Shown here: positions 10,208 to 19,233 of the stretch, piece by piece
How positions within the stretch are numbered: the first letter of the stretch is position 1
Layout: every line of letters begins with the position of its first letter
Source of the DNA: PVC group bacterium
GTDB lineage: Bacteria; Auribacterota; Erginobacteria; Erginobacterales; Erginobacteraceae
DNA length: 49,675 nt
Assembly: GCA_043804695.1 (NCBI GenBank)
Contig: JAZDIV010000151.1
Coordinates: 1 to 49,675 of the forward strand
Reading direction: 5' to 3'
Translations under genes and position numbers: made by a program
Notes under the pieces: generated by a model
Database searches by the model: none
The model's input: the letters and a program-made list of their open reading frames with translations, nothing else
Told to the model about the DNA's origin: nothing

Positions 10208-10639
10208 ATGAAAGCTGATGAAAAGACGAGGGAGGAGGTTCTTGCGGTCCTGGACAGGTTGAACGAGGGGTACGCCGCGGGCGATCTGGAAGGGATGGCG
10301 GCTCTGTATACCACCGATCCCGACCTGGTAGCCATCGGGACGGGTAAGGACGAGAAGTTTCTCGGGCTGGAGGCCGTCCGGGAGGGTCTTGAGCGGGACT
10401 TCGCCCAATCGGAGAGCGTTGCGATTGAGGTTGACTGGTCCTCGGTCTCGGCGCGGGGGGACGTGGCGTGGCTGGCGGCGGAGACGACGGCCCGGGTAAA
10501 GGCCGCCGGGGGAGAGATGACCATCCCCGCCCGCCTCACCATGGTGCTTGAGAAGAGGGACGGCCGTTGGCTCATTGCGCAGTTCCACCTTTCGATGGCG
10601 ATGCCCGAGCAGGCCGCAGGAGAATCATTCCCGGGTTAG
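10208..10639 (+). CDS. SnoaL-like / NTF2-family protein
   Basis: YAAGDLEGMAALY, RLTMVLEKRDGRWLIAQFHLS; AGGAGG RBS before ATG 10208. Confidence 0.85.
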   Translation: MKADEKTREEVLAVLDRLNEGYAAGDLEGMAALYTTDPDLVAIGTGKDEKFLGLEAVREGLERDFAQSESVAIEVDWSSVSARGDVAWLAAETTARVKAAGGEMTIPARLTMVLEKRDGRWLIAQFHLSMAMPEQAAGESFPG

Positions 10640-10737
10640 GCTCTAAAAGTTTCGGCGCACAAGATACTCCGGCGGACAGGCTGTCCTAGCGGCCGGGGGG
10701 CTGGGATTTTTTAGGGGGGCAGCCGCCAAGGCCCTAA

Positions 10738-10761
10738 AGTCAAGAGTAAGGATTTGCCCCC
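10738..10761 (-). repeat. REP-like motif (GGGGGCAAATCCTTACTCTTGACT on the minus strand)
   Basis: Inverted relative of 9885-9908. Confidence 0.55.
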
Positions 10762-10769
10762 CACTCTCT

Positions 10770-11192
10770 TTATTTTAAGAAATCGAAGTAGACCGCGACT
10801 AAAAGGGCCACCGCCGACAGGCCGAAGATGAAGAAAAAATTGATCCGTTCTTTCCGGGAGCTCAAGGCGCAGAAGATGGCGCCGACCGCGTCGTAGTCGT
10901 CGTCCGACAGCCCGCTCCGGCGGGCAAACTTCTCCACCAGGCCCCTCTCCTCGATGATCCGGGAGCGGGCCTGGTTTACCCTGAACTTGTAGACGAAGAA
11001 GAGGAAGAACCCCGCCACCCCCACGTACCACGCGGCCTTTCCGTAGACGGGGTTGACACTGATCAACACCGTGACCACCCTGAGCGCGATCGTGGCGATC
11101 AGCCCGATGATGAAAAAGATCCAGGACGACGCGCTGTCCCGGCACCTCCGGTACTCGACACAGTGTGCGCACCTTGATGTATCTTTCCTCAT
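10770..11192 (-). CDS. Small hypothetical membrane protein (3 TM) with N-terminal CxxC-x5-C
   Basis: MRKDTSRCAHCVEYRRC then three hydrophobic segments; GGGAG RBS. Confidence 0.65.
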   Translation of the reverse strand: MRKDTSRCAHCVEYRRCRDSASSWIFFIIGLIATIALRVVTVLISVNPVYGKAAWYVGVAGFFLFFVYKFRVNQARSRIIEERGLVEKFARRSGLSDDDYDAVGAIFCALSSRKERINFFFIFGLSAVALLVAVYFDFLK

Positions 11193-11462
11193 GAAAACGG
11201 CTCCCCGTCCCCGGGACCGACACAGAAATAGTAGCAGGAAAGGGGTCGGGAGTCCAGGCATTTCCCCGGGCCGGTAATTTTGGGGTCGGATCACAATAAC
11301 TTCTTGCCTGCCAAATGCTTAAGTGTAAAATAGGACGGGACGTAAATAAGGCGTGAAGGGTTGAAATATCCGTATCTTCCTGAATAAGAATGGATATTGC
11401 GGTCCGACCCCGGAAATCAAAAGTCGAAGACGGCCCGCGCTTTTCGGCGCTCCCGGGAGTTG

Positions 11463-12068
11463 TTAGAAATAAACCCCCAGTCCGAGGCGGAACTGCAGGT
11501 GGTCCAGTTCCCAGTCCTCTTTGTCGACCGTCACAAAACCCTGGTTGGGGATAAACGTTTCATACACCAGTTCCGGAGAGAGCATGTTATAGCGGAATTC
11601 CGGCCGGAGTATCAAATACTCGGTCAGACTGATCTCGGCGCCCAGGCAGGCAAAATAAATCATGCTGTCTTTCAGCGTGGTAAAATACCCGGTCGAGCCC
11701 CCCGAGTATTTGTTGTAGCTGTAGCCGATCCCCAGGCCGGCGTAGAGGAAGACGGGCTCAAAGGTCGGCCCCGCCCGTACGGCCACGGTGACGGGGAGGA
11801 GTTCGATGTCATCCGACTCCGTGTCCTTGATATCCGGATTGAGGTAATCAACGCCCAGGTCCACCTTGAGATACGGGGTCACGGCACAGACGAGCGCCAG
11901 GCCGCCGCCGAAGGCATCTTCGGGCTTGAGTTCACCCGGTTTCAGATCGCCGCTGAACTCAAAGGCGTACAGCCCGCTGGCCGTGATACCGAATGTCTGG
12001 GTAAACGCCGGGCCGGCGATGCCGGCCATGACGAACATGCCCAGGCTCCAGAGAACCAGTCTTTTCAT
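11463..12068 (-). CDS. Outer-membrane beta-barrel protein (OmpW/OMP_b-brl-like)
   Basis: Signal peptide, alternating aromatic strands (LYAGLGIGYSY), C-terminal FRLGLGVYF; GGAGG upstream. Confidence 0.8.
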   Translation of the reverse strand: MKRLVLWSLGMFVMAGIAGPAFTQTFGITASGLYAFEFSGDLKPGELKPEDAFGGGLALVCAVTPYLKVDLGVDYLNPDIKDTESDDIELLPVTVAVRAGPTFEPVFLYAGLGIGYSYNKYSGGSTGYFTTLKDSMIYFACLGAEISLTEYLILRPEFRYNMLSPELVYETFIPNQGFVTVDKEDWELDHLQFRLGLGVYF

Positions 12069-12282
12069 CTCCCTGCCTCCTTTTGGTTTTTTCGGGTCGG
12101 TTTTTTCGGGTCGGACCACATTAATTTGTTCCGGCACAAATAGATGCGTATATTTTAACCTTCATGTGGGGTCTTACAAGCTATTTTCAGCCCTGAAAAT
12201 CGCCGGTAAAGAAGGACGTCACATCGAAAAAGAGGCCTAAAATCATCACCCATCTTCTAACCCGATTTATTCATAAATCTGG

Positions 12283-13719
12283 TTAACCGGATGGCCCCAG
12301 TTTCTCTTCCAGAAGGCGGCGCAACTGTTTGGGGTCGGCCGTGCCGCCCGACGCTTTCATCGCCCGGCCAACCAAAAACCCGAGAGCCGGTTTCTTGCCG
12401 ATATGGTAATCCTGAACCGCGTCCGGATTATCCGCGATCACTGCGTCCGCGACCGCCTCGAGCGTTTCCCGGTCGGATACCTGTGCCAGCCCTTCCTCAG
12501 CCACGATCGCGGCCGGTTCGAGGTCGCTTTCAAAGAGACAGGCCAGCACTTCCTTCCCCGCGCTGGAGCTGATCTCCCGCCGTTCGACCAGGAGCAAAAG
12601 CGCGGCCAGCCGGACGGGGGTTACCCGGGTCGAGGCGAGGGACTCGCCCCGTTCCCGGAGGATGGGGAGAAGCCGACCGGTTATCCAGTCGACCGCGGCC
12701 CGCGGCGGCGCCCCGGCGGCCACCACGGCTTCGTAGTAATCGGCCAGCTCGCGCTCCGAGCTCATCAGGGCGGATTCCTCCGGGGTCAGGCCGTGCCGCT
12801 CCTCGAAGGCCTTCCTCCGGGCGCCCGGCATCCCAGGAAGGCGGCTCCGGAGCCCCTCCAGAAACTCCGGGGAGACCATGATCACGGGAACGGAGGGGTC
12901 CGGGATGCAGGGCCCGGCGAACTTGCCCCGCATCGGGGTGGTGACATTCCTCTCCGGGTCCCAGAGGCGGGTGTGCAGGGTCACCTGTTTCCCCCGGCCG
13001 ACCAGTTCCGTCTGGCGGGCGATTTCGTGGGCGATGGCGTTCCCCACGTGCCGGATCGAGTTCATGTTCTTGACCTCGACCTTGGTGGCGAGACCGGTCG
13101 ATCCTTCCGGGCGGATGGAGATGTTGGCGTCGGCCCTCATGGTCCCTTCGTCCATGCTGCACTCGGCCGTCCCCGCGTAGCGCAGGCACCCCCGCAGCAT
13201 CCGCAGGAACTCCATGGCGTCATGGGGAGAACGCAGGTCGGGCTCGGTGACGATCTCCACCAGCGGGGCTCCCGCCCGGTTGAAGTCGACCAGGCTGAAA
13301 CGCCGCCGCCCCTCGGTCTCGTGGAGAAGTCGGGCGACGTCCTCCTCCATGTGCGTCTCCCGGATGCGAAGGCGTTTCCAGCCGCCGTCTTCGGCGGGGA
13401 TGTCCAGCCAGCCGTTCCTCCCCAGCGGCTGGTGGAACTGGGAGAGCTGGAAACCCCGGGGGAGGTCGGGGTAGTAGTACACTTTCTGGTCGAAGGCGCT
13501 CTCGGGCTGGACCTCACAGTTCAGGGCCAGGCAGGAGAGGACCGCCTTCTCGAGAGATTCCCGGCCGAATTGCTTCAGCGTGCCGGGGATACCGAGGCAG
13601 ATCGGGCAGATGTTGCTGTTAGGAGGGTCGCCCGGCGCATTCCGGCAATCACAGAACATCTTCGTGGCGCAGTTCAGCTGGACGTGGATCTCCAATCCGA
13701 TGACCGCTTCGTAGTTCAT
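12283..13719 (-). CDS. gatB: Asp/Glu-tRNA amidotransferase subunit B (divergent)
   Basis: GLEIHVQL, YYYPDLP, HMEED, DFNRAGAPLVEIVTEPD, RADANISIR, VEVKNMNS, C-terminal YqeY-like domain. Confidence 0.95.
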   Translation of the reverse strand: MNYEAVIGLEIHVQLNCATKMFCDCRNAPGDPPNSNICPICLGIPGTLKQFGRESLEKAVLSCLALNCEVQPESAFDQKVYYYPDLPRGFQLSQFHQPLGRNGWLDIPAEDGGWKRLRIRETHMEEDVARLLHETEGRRRFSLVDFNRAGAPLVEIVTEPDLRSPHDAMEFLRMLRGCLRYAGTAECSMDEGTMRADANISIRPEGSTGLATKVEVKNMNSIRHVGNAIAHEIARQTELVGRGKQVTLHTRLWDPERNVTTPMRGKFAGPCIPDPSVPVIMVSPEFLEGLRSRLPGMPGARRKAFEERHGLTPEESALMSSERELADYYEAVVAAGAPPRAAVDWITGRLLPILRERGESLASTRVTPVRLAALLLLVERREISSSAGKEVLACLFESDLEPAAIVAEEGLAQVSDRETLEAVADAVIADNPDAVQDYHIGKKPALGFLVGRAMKASGGTADPKQLRRLLEEKLGPSG

Positions 13720-14969
13720 CCCGTCCCCCCGCCGCCGGGTTTGACGGGGCCGGGCGCCCCGCCGCGGGAATCCGCGATCCGCCCGGCGAACTCCAGAAGC
13801 CGCGCGTCGGAGAGGTGCGGTCCGACCACCTGCAGGCCCAGGTCCGTTCCGCCGCTCACCGCGAAGCCGGGGAGGCTAACCGCCGGAGACCCGGTTACGT
13901 TGGCCGGAAGCGTGAACGCGAAGGCCTGGTAGGTCCCGGCGACGGTCTTCTCTTCCCCCACCTCCCGTCCGTGACGCCGGGTGGGGAGGAGAAGGAAGTC
14001 CACCTCGCCGAATATTTTCTCTGTTTCCTCGACCAGCCGCCGCCTGATCCGGCAGGCGTTCTCGAAGGCCGCGTAGTCCCTGAACTGGAAGTAGGCCCCC
14101 TGGAAGAGGTAGGATTTTAACAGGGTGCCGAAGGCTTCCCCGCGGGTTTTGATATACATCTCGTTCCAGTTCCCGCAGTCTTTCGCCCGGTACCCGAAAC
14201 GGACGCCGTCATAATTTCCGGCGCTGGAAGAAGCCTCGACCGAGCCGATTATTTGATGCGCCAGCGGGAAGATGTCGAAATCGGGGAGAGTTACTTCCCG
14301 GACGGTGTAACCTCTTTTTTCGAGGATCGCGACGGCCTGGCGCAGGGCCTCGGTTTCTTCGGGGAGCAGAGCGGCCAGGCACTCGCGGATCACACCCAGC
14401 GTGGCCGGCCGCCCGCCGGGCGGCCCGTCCCGACGGAAGTCGGGCAGCCCCCGCCGGAGCATCGAGAAATCCTCCTCGTCAACGGTTGCCAGCACCGCGG
14501 CTATCTTCCGGATCGGGGAGATGTCGCGCGCCGCCACCCCGGGGCATTCCATGGAAGGGACGAGGCCGATGACCCCGGCCCGGGAGAAGATCCCGTAGCT
14601 CGGCTTGTAGCCCGTGACCGCGGCCCCGGTGGCCGCGACCCGGATTTCACCCAGGGTGTCGAGGCCGAGCGCCGCGGTGCAGCGGGTTCCCTCCAGGGTC
14701 GCCGCCGTCGTGTCCCCGGCCAGCCCGAAGCCCATCTCGCTGATTCGGGGGGCGCCGGGGAAGGCGGCTCCCGCCTCCCGGAGCAGGCGGACGGCGGTCG
14801 AGTCTTCCGGTGCCGTGAAGCCTTTCAGCGCCCGGGAGACAGCCCCGGCCGGCCGGCCGCGGACTGAGAAATTGGGGGAGATAAGCACGGAGACCCCGGC
14901 CAACTCTCCCCGGCCGTCCGCGGCCGGCCGGCGGTTCAGGGATAAAAGCGGTTTCTTCTTTGTCTTCAT
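13716..14969 (-). CDS. gatA: GatA-like amidase-signature protein lacking catalytic residues
   Basis: GYKPSYG, EASS..YDGVRFGYR, TRGEAFG, TLPANVTGSPAVSLP, GLQVVG; sits between aspS and gatB with 4-bp overlaps; triad missing. Confidence 0.85.
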   Translation of the reverse strand: MKTKKKPLLSLNRRPAADGRGELAGVSVLISPNFSVRGRPAGAVSRALKGFTAPEDSTAVRLLREAGAAFPGAPRISEMGFGLAGDTTAATLEGTRCTAALGLDTLGEIRVAATGAAVTGYKPSYGIFSRAGVIGLVPSMECPGVAARDISPIRKIAAVLATVDEEDFSMLRRGLPDFRRDGPPGGRPATLGVIRECLAALLPEETEALRQAVAILEKRGYTVREVTLPDFDIFPLAHQIIGSVEASSSAGNYDGVRFGYRAKDCGNWNEMYIKTRGEAFGTLLKSYLFQGAYFQFRDYAAFENACRIRRRLVEETEKIFGEVDFLLLPTRRHGREVGEEKTVAGTYQAFAFTLPANVTGSPAVSLPGFAVSGGTDLGLQVVGPHLSDARLLEFAGRIADSRGGAPGPVKPGGGGTG

Positions 14970-17074
14970 TCCAGTATGGCGGGGACCTTGAAATAGCCGT
15001 TTTTAGCGGAGGGAGCGCCCTTTAAAAGCGAGCCGTCCCGGGCCAGGGGATGGACCCGAGGGTCCCTTCCCGTCCGTTCGCGCCCTCCGGCTTTAATCGG
15101 GGAGTAGAGCGGTTCTTCTTCGCCGGCCCGCTCCCCGGCCCGTTCCGCCGCGTCTTTCGCTTCCCCGACGGCGGCTTCCAGGGCGGATCTTTCCCCCTCC
15201 CGGATCCCGATCCGGGAGACCCAGGAGAGCGACGAGACAAGGTCGATATCTTCGGGGGCCGGGACGGCGCTCCGCTCGCCCGCGTCCGCGAGGTTCAGTT
15301 CCCGGAGCTGTTCCCGGTCCACGGGGGAGGGGGCGCCGGTCAGGGGACAGGCGGCGGCCCGGTTTTTCGGGAAGGCGATCACCTCCCGGATGCTCGGCGC
15401 TCCCAGGATCATCGCCGTTACCCGGTCAAGCCCCAGAGCTATCCCCCCGTGCGGCGGCGCACCGTATTTCAGGGCGTCGAGGAAGAAGCCGAACCTCTCC
15501 CGCGCCACCGTGTCCTCCAGGCCGAGAGCCCGGAATATCCGGGCCTGGAGATCGGCGCTGTTAATGCGGATGCTGCCGCCGCCGAGTTCCTCGCCGTTCA
15601 CGACGAGATCGTAAGCCCGGGACCGCAGAGAGAGCAGATCTTCTCGATCTCCGGGGTCGAAGTCGTCCCGGTCCGGGGCGGTAAAGGGGTGGTGCCGGGA
15701 GGTCAGTCCGTCTTCGGCAGCTTCAAAGAGCGGAAAATCCGTGATCCAGACCGGCCGGTATTCGCCTTCCGGTATCAGTCCCAGCCGATTGCCCAGATGG
15801 AGGCGGAGCCGGCCCAGGGCGTCAGTCACGATCTGTGGGTTCTGGTCGGCGATCATCAGGATCACGTCGCCGTCCCCGGCGCCGAACCTCTCCAGGATAT
15901 TCGTCCTCTCCCCGGCGGTGAAGAAACGCACGATGTTGGATTCGAGCGTGTCCCCGGCCACCCGCATCCAGGTCATGCCCCGGGCCCCGAACTCCGGGAC
16001 GAGGCGTTGGGCGTATTCGTTCTGCAGGATGTTCTTGCTCAGAGCCGCGGATTGTCCTCTGACGTTGATCCCCTTGATCAAGCCTCCCTGCTCGATGATT
16101 TTCCTGAAGACGGCGTAGCCTGTCCCGGAGAAGATGTCGGTCGCTTCGATGAAGCGCAGGCCGAACCGGAGGTCGGGGCGGTCGGTTCCGAAGGAGTCGA
16201 TCGCTTCCCGGTAGGGGAGGCGGGGGAACGGGCGGGGAAGGTCGATCCCCCCGACCGCGAACATCCGTACCGTCAACTCTTCGAGCAGCTCGTAGATAAA
16301 CTCCTCGTCGATGAACGCGGCCTCGATATCCAGCTGGGTGAATTCGGGCTGGCGGTTAGGGCGCAGGTCCTCGTCCCGGTAGCAGCGGACGACCTGGAAA
16401 TAACGTTCGAACCCGCTGAACATGAGGATCTGCTTGAAGAGTTGCGGGGACTGGGGCAGGGCGTAAAAGCACCCCGGGTGGACCCGGCTCGGGACCAGGT
16501 AGTCGCGGGCGCCCTCGGGCGTGCTCTTGGTGAGCACCGGGGTCTCTATTTCGACGAACTCCCGCGAGTCGAGGAAGTCCCGGGCGCACTTGATGATCCG
16601 GTACCGTCGGACCAGGTTTTCCTGCATCGAGGGGCGCCTCAGATCGAGATAGCGGTATTGAAGCCGGAGGTCTTCTCCCACGGCGTCACCCGCCACCGCC
16701 CCCCCGGCCACCATCGCCTTTTCCGAAATCGGGAAGGGGAGGATCGGGGAGGGGTTCAGGATCGTGAGTTCGTCGGCGATTATTTCGACCTCGCCGGTTT
16801 CCAGGGCCGGGTTTTCCGACCCCGGGCGCCGGACGACCACCTCGCCGCGCACCGCGACGCAGTATTCCTCCTTCAGGCGGCCCGCCTCCGCCCTCACGCC
16901 GGGCGTTTTGTCGGGGTTGAAGACCACCTGGATGATCCCGCTCCGGTCCCGCAGGTGGACGAAGAGGATGTTGCCATGGTCCCGGAGCGCGTCCACCCAC
17001 CCGGCCGCCAGGACCCGGCGGCCGGCGGCGGCTTTGCGCAGGGAACCGCAATATGTCCTTGATTGAAATTTCAA
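14966..17074 (-). CDS. aspS: Aspartyl-tRNA synthetase (probably non-discriminating) with a C-terminal GatC-like fusion
   Basis: RDHG, DRSG, RYRYLDLRR, STPEGARDY, LPQSPQLFKQ, RQPEFTQLD, GGGSIR, APPHGGIALGLDR, IREVIAFPK; last ~95 aa end in AP...GYFKVPAILE like GatC. Confidence 0.95.
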   Translation of the reverse strand: MKFQSRTYCGSLRKAAAGRRVLAAGWVDALRDHGNILFVHLRDRSGIIQVVFNPDKTPGVRAEAGRLKEEYCVAVRGEVVVRRPGSENPALETGEVEIIADELTILNPSPILPFPISEKAMVAGGAVAGDAVGEDLRLQYRYLDLRRPSMQENLVRRYRIIKCARDFLDSREFVEIETPVLTKSTPEGARDYLVPSRVHPGCFYALPQSPQLFKQILMFSGFERYFQVVRCYRDEDLRPNRQPEFTQLDIEAAFIDEEFIYELLEELTVRMFAVGGIDLPRPFPRLPYREAIDSFGTDRPDLRFGLRFIEATDIFSGTGYAVFRKIIEQGGLIKGINVRGQSAALSKNILQNEYAQRLVPEFGARGMTWMRVAGDTLESNIVRFFTAGERTNILERFGAGDGDVILMIADQNPQIVTDALGRLRLHLGNRLGLIPEGEYRPVWITDFPLFEAAEDGLTSRHHPFTAPDRDDFDPGDREDLLSLRSRAYDLVVNGEELGGGSIRINSADLQARIFRALGLEDTVARERFGFFLDALKYGAPPHGGIALGLDRVTAMILGAPSIREVIAFPKNRAAACPLTGAPSPVDREQLRELNLADAGERSAVPAPEDIDLVSSLSWVSRIGIREGERSALEAAVGEAKDAAERAGERAGEEEPLYSPIKAGGRERTGRDPRVHPLARDGSLLKGAPSAKNGYFKVPAILE

Positions 17075-17303
17075 CGTTTATCTGACTCCCGGAGAGTAAT
17101 TTTAAAGAGTGTATAGTATTTAAGTGGAGAGTCAAATCTTTCTCGATCAGAAAACCGGGAATCGGCTGATGAATCCCTGCCGTGACGGAAAAAACACGGG
17201 ATCAGTTTAAAGCGGGATCCGATAACGTGATATGATCTGGTCATCAAGGACTGATCAGTGTATATTAAAAAGAACAGGAGATAAATCTCCAGGGAGGTGT
17301 TGT

Positions 17304-17870
17304 ATGAAAAAGTTTCTGGTCGTCGCAGTTTTAATAGTGGGGGCAATCCCGCTGTTTCTTCATGCCGGAGATGAAAAAGATATCGGGGAGATGCTCTTAA
17401 ACTTCAAAGATTGCCTTCGCCTTGACAACCATCAGAAGGCCGCCGGTTACCTCAGCCCGCGCTTCGTTAATGCGCTTAAAGCCGCCGGCGATAAAACTCA
17501 ATCCCAGTCCGGCTCCGGACAAAGCTATAATTTTCTTCACGAAGACCCGGTCGAGTTCGTAAAAAGTGAACTAGACGGAACCTTCTTCGAGGACTTTGAG
17601 ATCGGCTCGATTAAACAAACGGGTGATATCGCCACCGCCGATTTGAAGCTCAAGAGCGGCAAGCTGGTAAAACTCTTCCTGGAAAAGCAGAGCGACGGCT
17701 GGAAGATCACCCCGGCTCCGCAGGATGTCCTCCAGGAGTCTATTAAAACAGACCAGGTCCGGATTCAGCAACTGGATGAGAAGCGGCACGCGATAGAGTG
17801 GAGGCAGCATCTGGCGGACGATATCAACGCCGACCGATGGGATAACGGGTGGTACTGGAGCGAACGCTGA
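17304..17870 (+). CDS. Secreted hypothetical protein (NTF2-like fold possible)
   Basis: GGAGG RBS, signal peptide MKKFLVVAVLIVGAIPLFLHA, GDIATA...LEKQSDGWKI. Confidence 0.7.
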   Translation: MKKFLVVAVLIVGAIPLFLHAGDEKDIGEMLLNFKDCLRLDNHQKAAGYLSPRFVNALKAAGDKTQSQSGSGQSYNFLHEDPVEFVKSELDGTFFEDFEIGSIKQTGDIATADLKLKSGKLVKLFLEKQSDGWKITPAPQDVLQESIKTDQVRIQQLDEKRHAIEWRQHLADDINADRWDNGWYWSER

Positions 17871-17930
17871 TCTGAAAGATTTCGAATTTGTTCCTGAAAA
17901 AACTGGGGGACCATTCCGGAGAAGAAATCG

Positions 17931-19229
17931 TTGCGGAAAAAATATATAAGGTGGCTTATCGCCGAGTTGCCCGACCTGATGGGGAGAAATATTCTCTCGC
18001 CGGATGCCGCCGACCGGCTGCGGGAGTACTACGGAGGATTCGGGAAGGAAGGGAAGAGGACTCTCGCCGCCAACGCCTTCAGCATCCTGGCCGCGATATT
18101 GATCGGTTCCGGGATCATCCTTCTCCTGGCTCATAACTGGGATGAACTTTCCCGGGAGATCCGGGCCGTTATCTCGTTCGTACCCCTGGTGGTCGCCCAG
18201 GTCCTGGCCGGATGGGGGATCTGGCGGGGAAAAGAGTCCCGGGGTTGGAAGGAAGGCATCTCGATCTTCCTCATGCTGGCGATGGGGTCCTCCCTCGCCC
18301 TGATCTCTCAGACCTACCACCTCTCGAACGACCCGGATACCTTTACCTTGACCTGGATGCTGCTGAGCATCCCGCTGGCCTACCTGGTCGGCGGGGGGGC
18401 GATTATTCCCCTCTATCTGACGGGCATTACCGTCTGGACCGGTATGGCGCATGCTTTCGAAGGGCACCCGACCTTCTTCTGGCTGCTCATCGCGCTCCCA
18501 CTCCCCTATATCTGGGCGATCAGTAAGAAGGATCCCTATCGGACGGGGCCGGTTCTCCTCCGGGCCTGTTTCACGGTCTCATTGATTATCGGAACCGCGA
18601 TCATCCTGGCCGATGTTCTCGGCAAGTACTGGGTGCTTATCTTCAGTTCCATGTTCGCGATTACCTACCTGGTGGGGCGCATCTGGTTTGACGACGCTCC
18701 GCCCCGCGTCGCCCTCCAGCCTTTGCGGAGTATCGGGGGGGCGGGGGTGCTGGTTGTCGCACTTTGGGCATCCTTTAGAGGGTCCTGGGAAGCTATCGGC
18801 CGGCACCCCGGCTTATTGTTTACCATCAGCCCCGAGATACTGCTGACCCTGGTACTCCTGATAGGATCTTTCGGCCTGCTCATAATCTGCCTGGTCAGGT
18901 TCAAAGGGTCCGGGGGATTACTGGGATCGTTGCCGCTGGTGGCCCTGCTCGGGACGGTCGCGGCCCGGGCCGGGGGGGCGATCGGGATCAATATCGTTCT
19001 CTTCACCGCCTACGTCTTTATCCTGGGGCTGACGAACCTGCTGGCCGGGATCAAAGAATGGTCCGTCGGGCTGATTAATCTCGGCATGGTGATTCTCTGC
19101 CTCCTGATCGTGATCCGGTTTTTTGACAGCGACCTGAGTTTTACCGTCCGGGGAGTGGCCTTCATCATTACCGGGATCGGTTTTCTTTTAACCAATGGCA
19201 TCCTCCTCCGGAAAAAGCAGTCGAAGTGA
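17931..19229 (+). CDS. DUF2157-family membrane protein
   Basis: LIGSGIILLLAHNWDEL, LALISQTYHL, many TM helices; paired with a GDYXXLXY gene. Confidence 0.85.
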   Translation: MRKKYIRWLIAELPDLMGRNILSPDAADRLREYYGGFGKEGKRTLAANAFSILAAILIGSGIILLLAHNWDELSREIRAVISFVPLVVAQVLAGWGIWRGKESRGWKEGISIFLMLAMGSSLALISQTYHLSNDPDTFTLTWMLLSIPLAYLVGGGAIIPLYLTGITVWTGMAHAFEGHPTFFWLLIALPLPYIWAISKKDPYRTGPVLLRACFTVSLIIGTAIILADVLGKYWVLIFSSMFAITYLVGRIWFDDAPPRVALQPLRSIGGAGVLVVALWASFRGSWEAIGRHPGLLFTISPEILLTLVLLIGSFGLLIICLVRFKGSGGLLGSLPLVALLGTVAARAGGAIGINIVLFTAYVFILGLTNLLAGIKEWSVGLINLGMVILCLLIVIRFFDSDLSFTVRGVAFIITGIGFLLTNGILLRKKQSK

Positions 19230-19233
19230 TTGG

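Noticed and set aside
1059..12280. Classical integron
   Set aside because: No IntI gene and no convincing attC sites with RYYYAAC...GTTRRRY ends were found by eye
12403..17062. Long plus-strand ORFs 12403-13932 and 15050-17062
   Set aside because: Antisense shadows of gatB and aspS, expected in GC-rich coding DNA; no recognisable motifs
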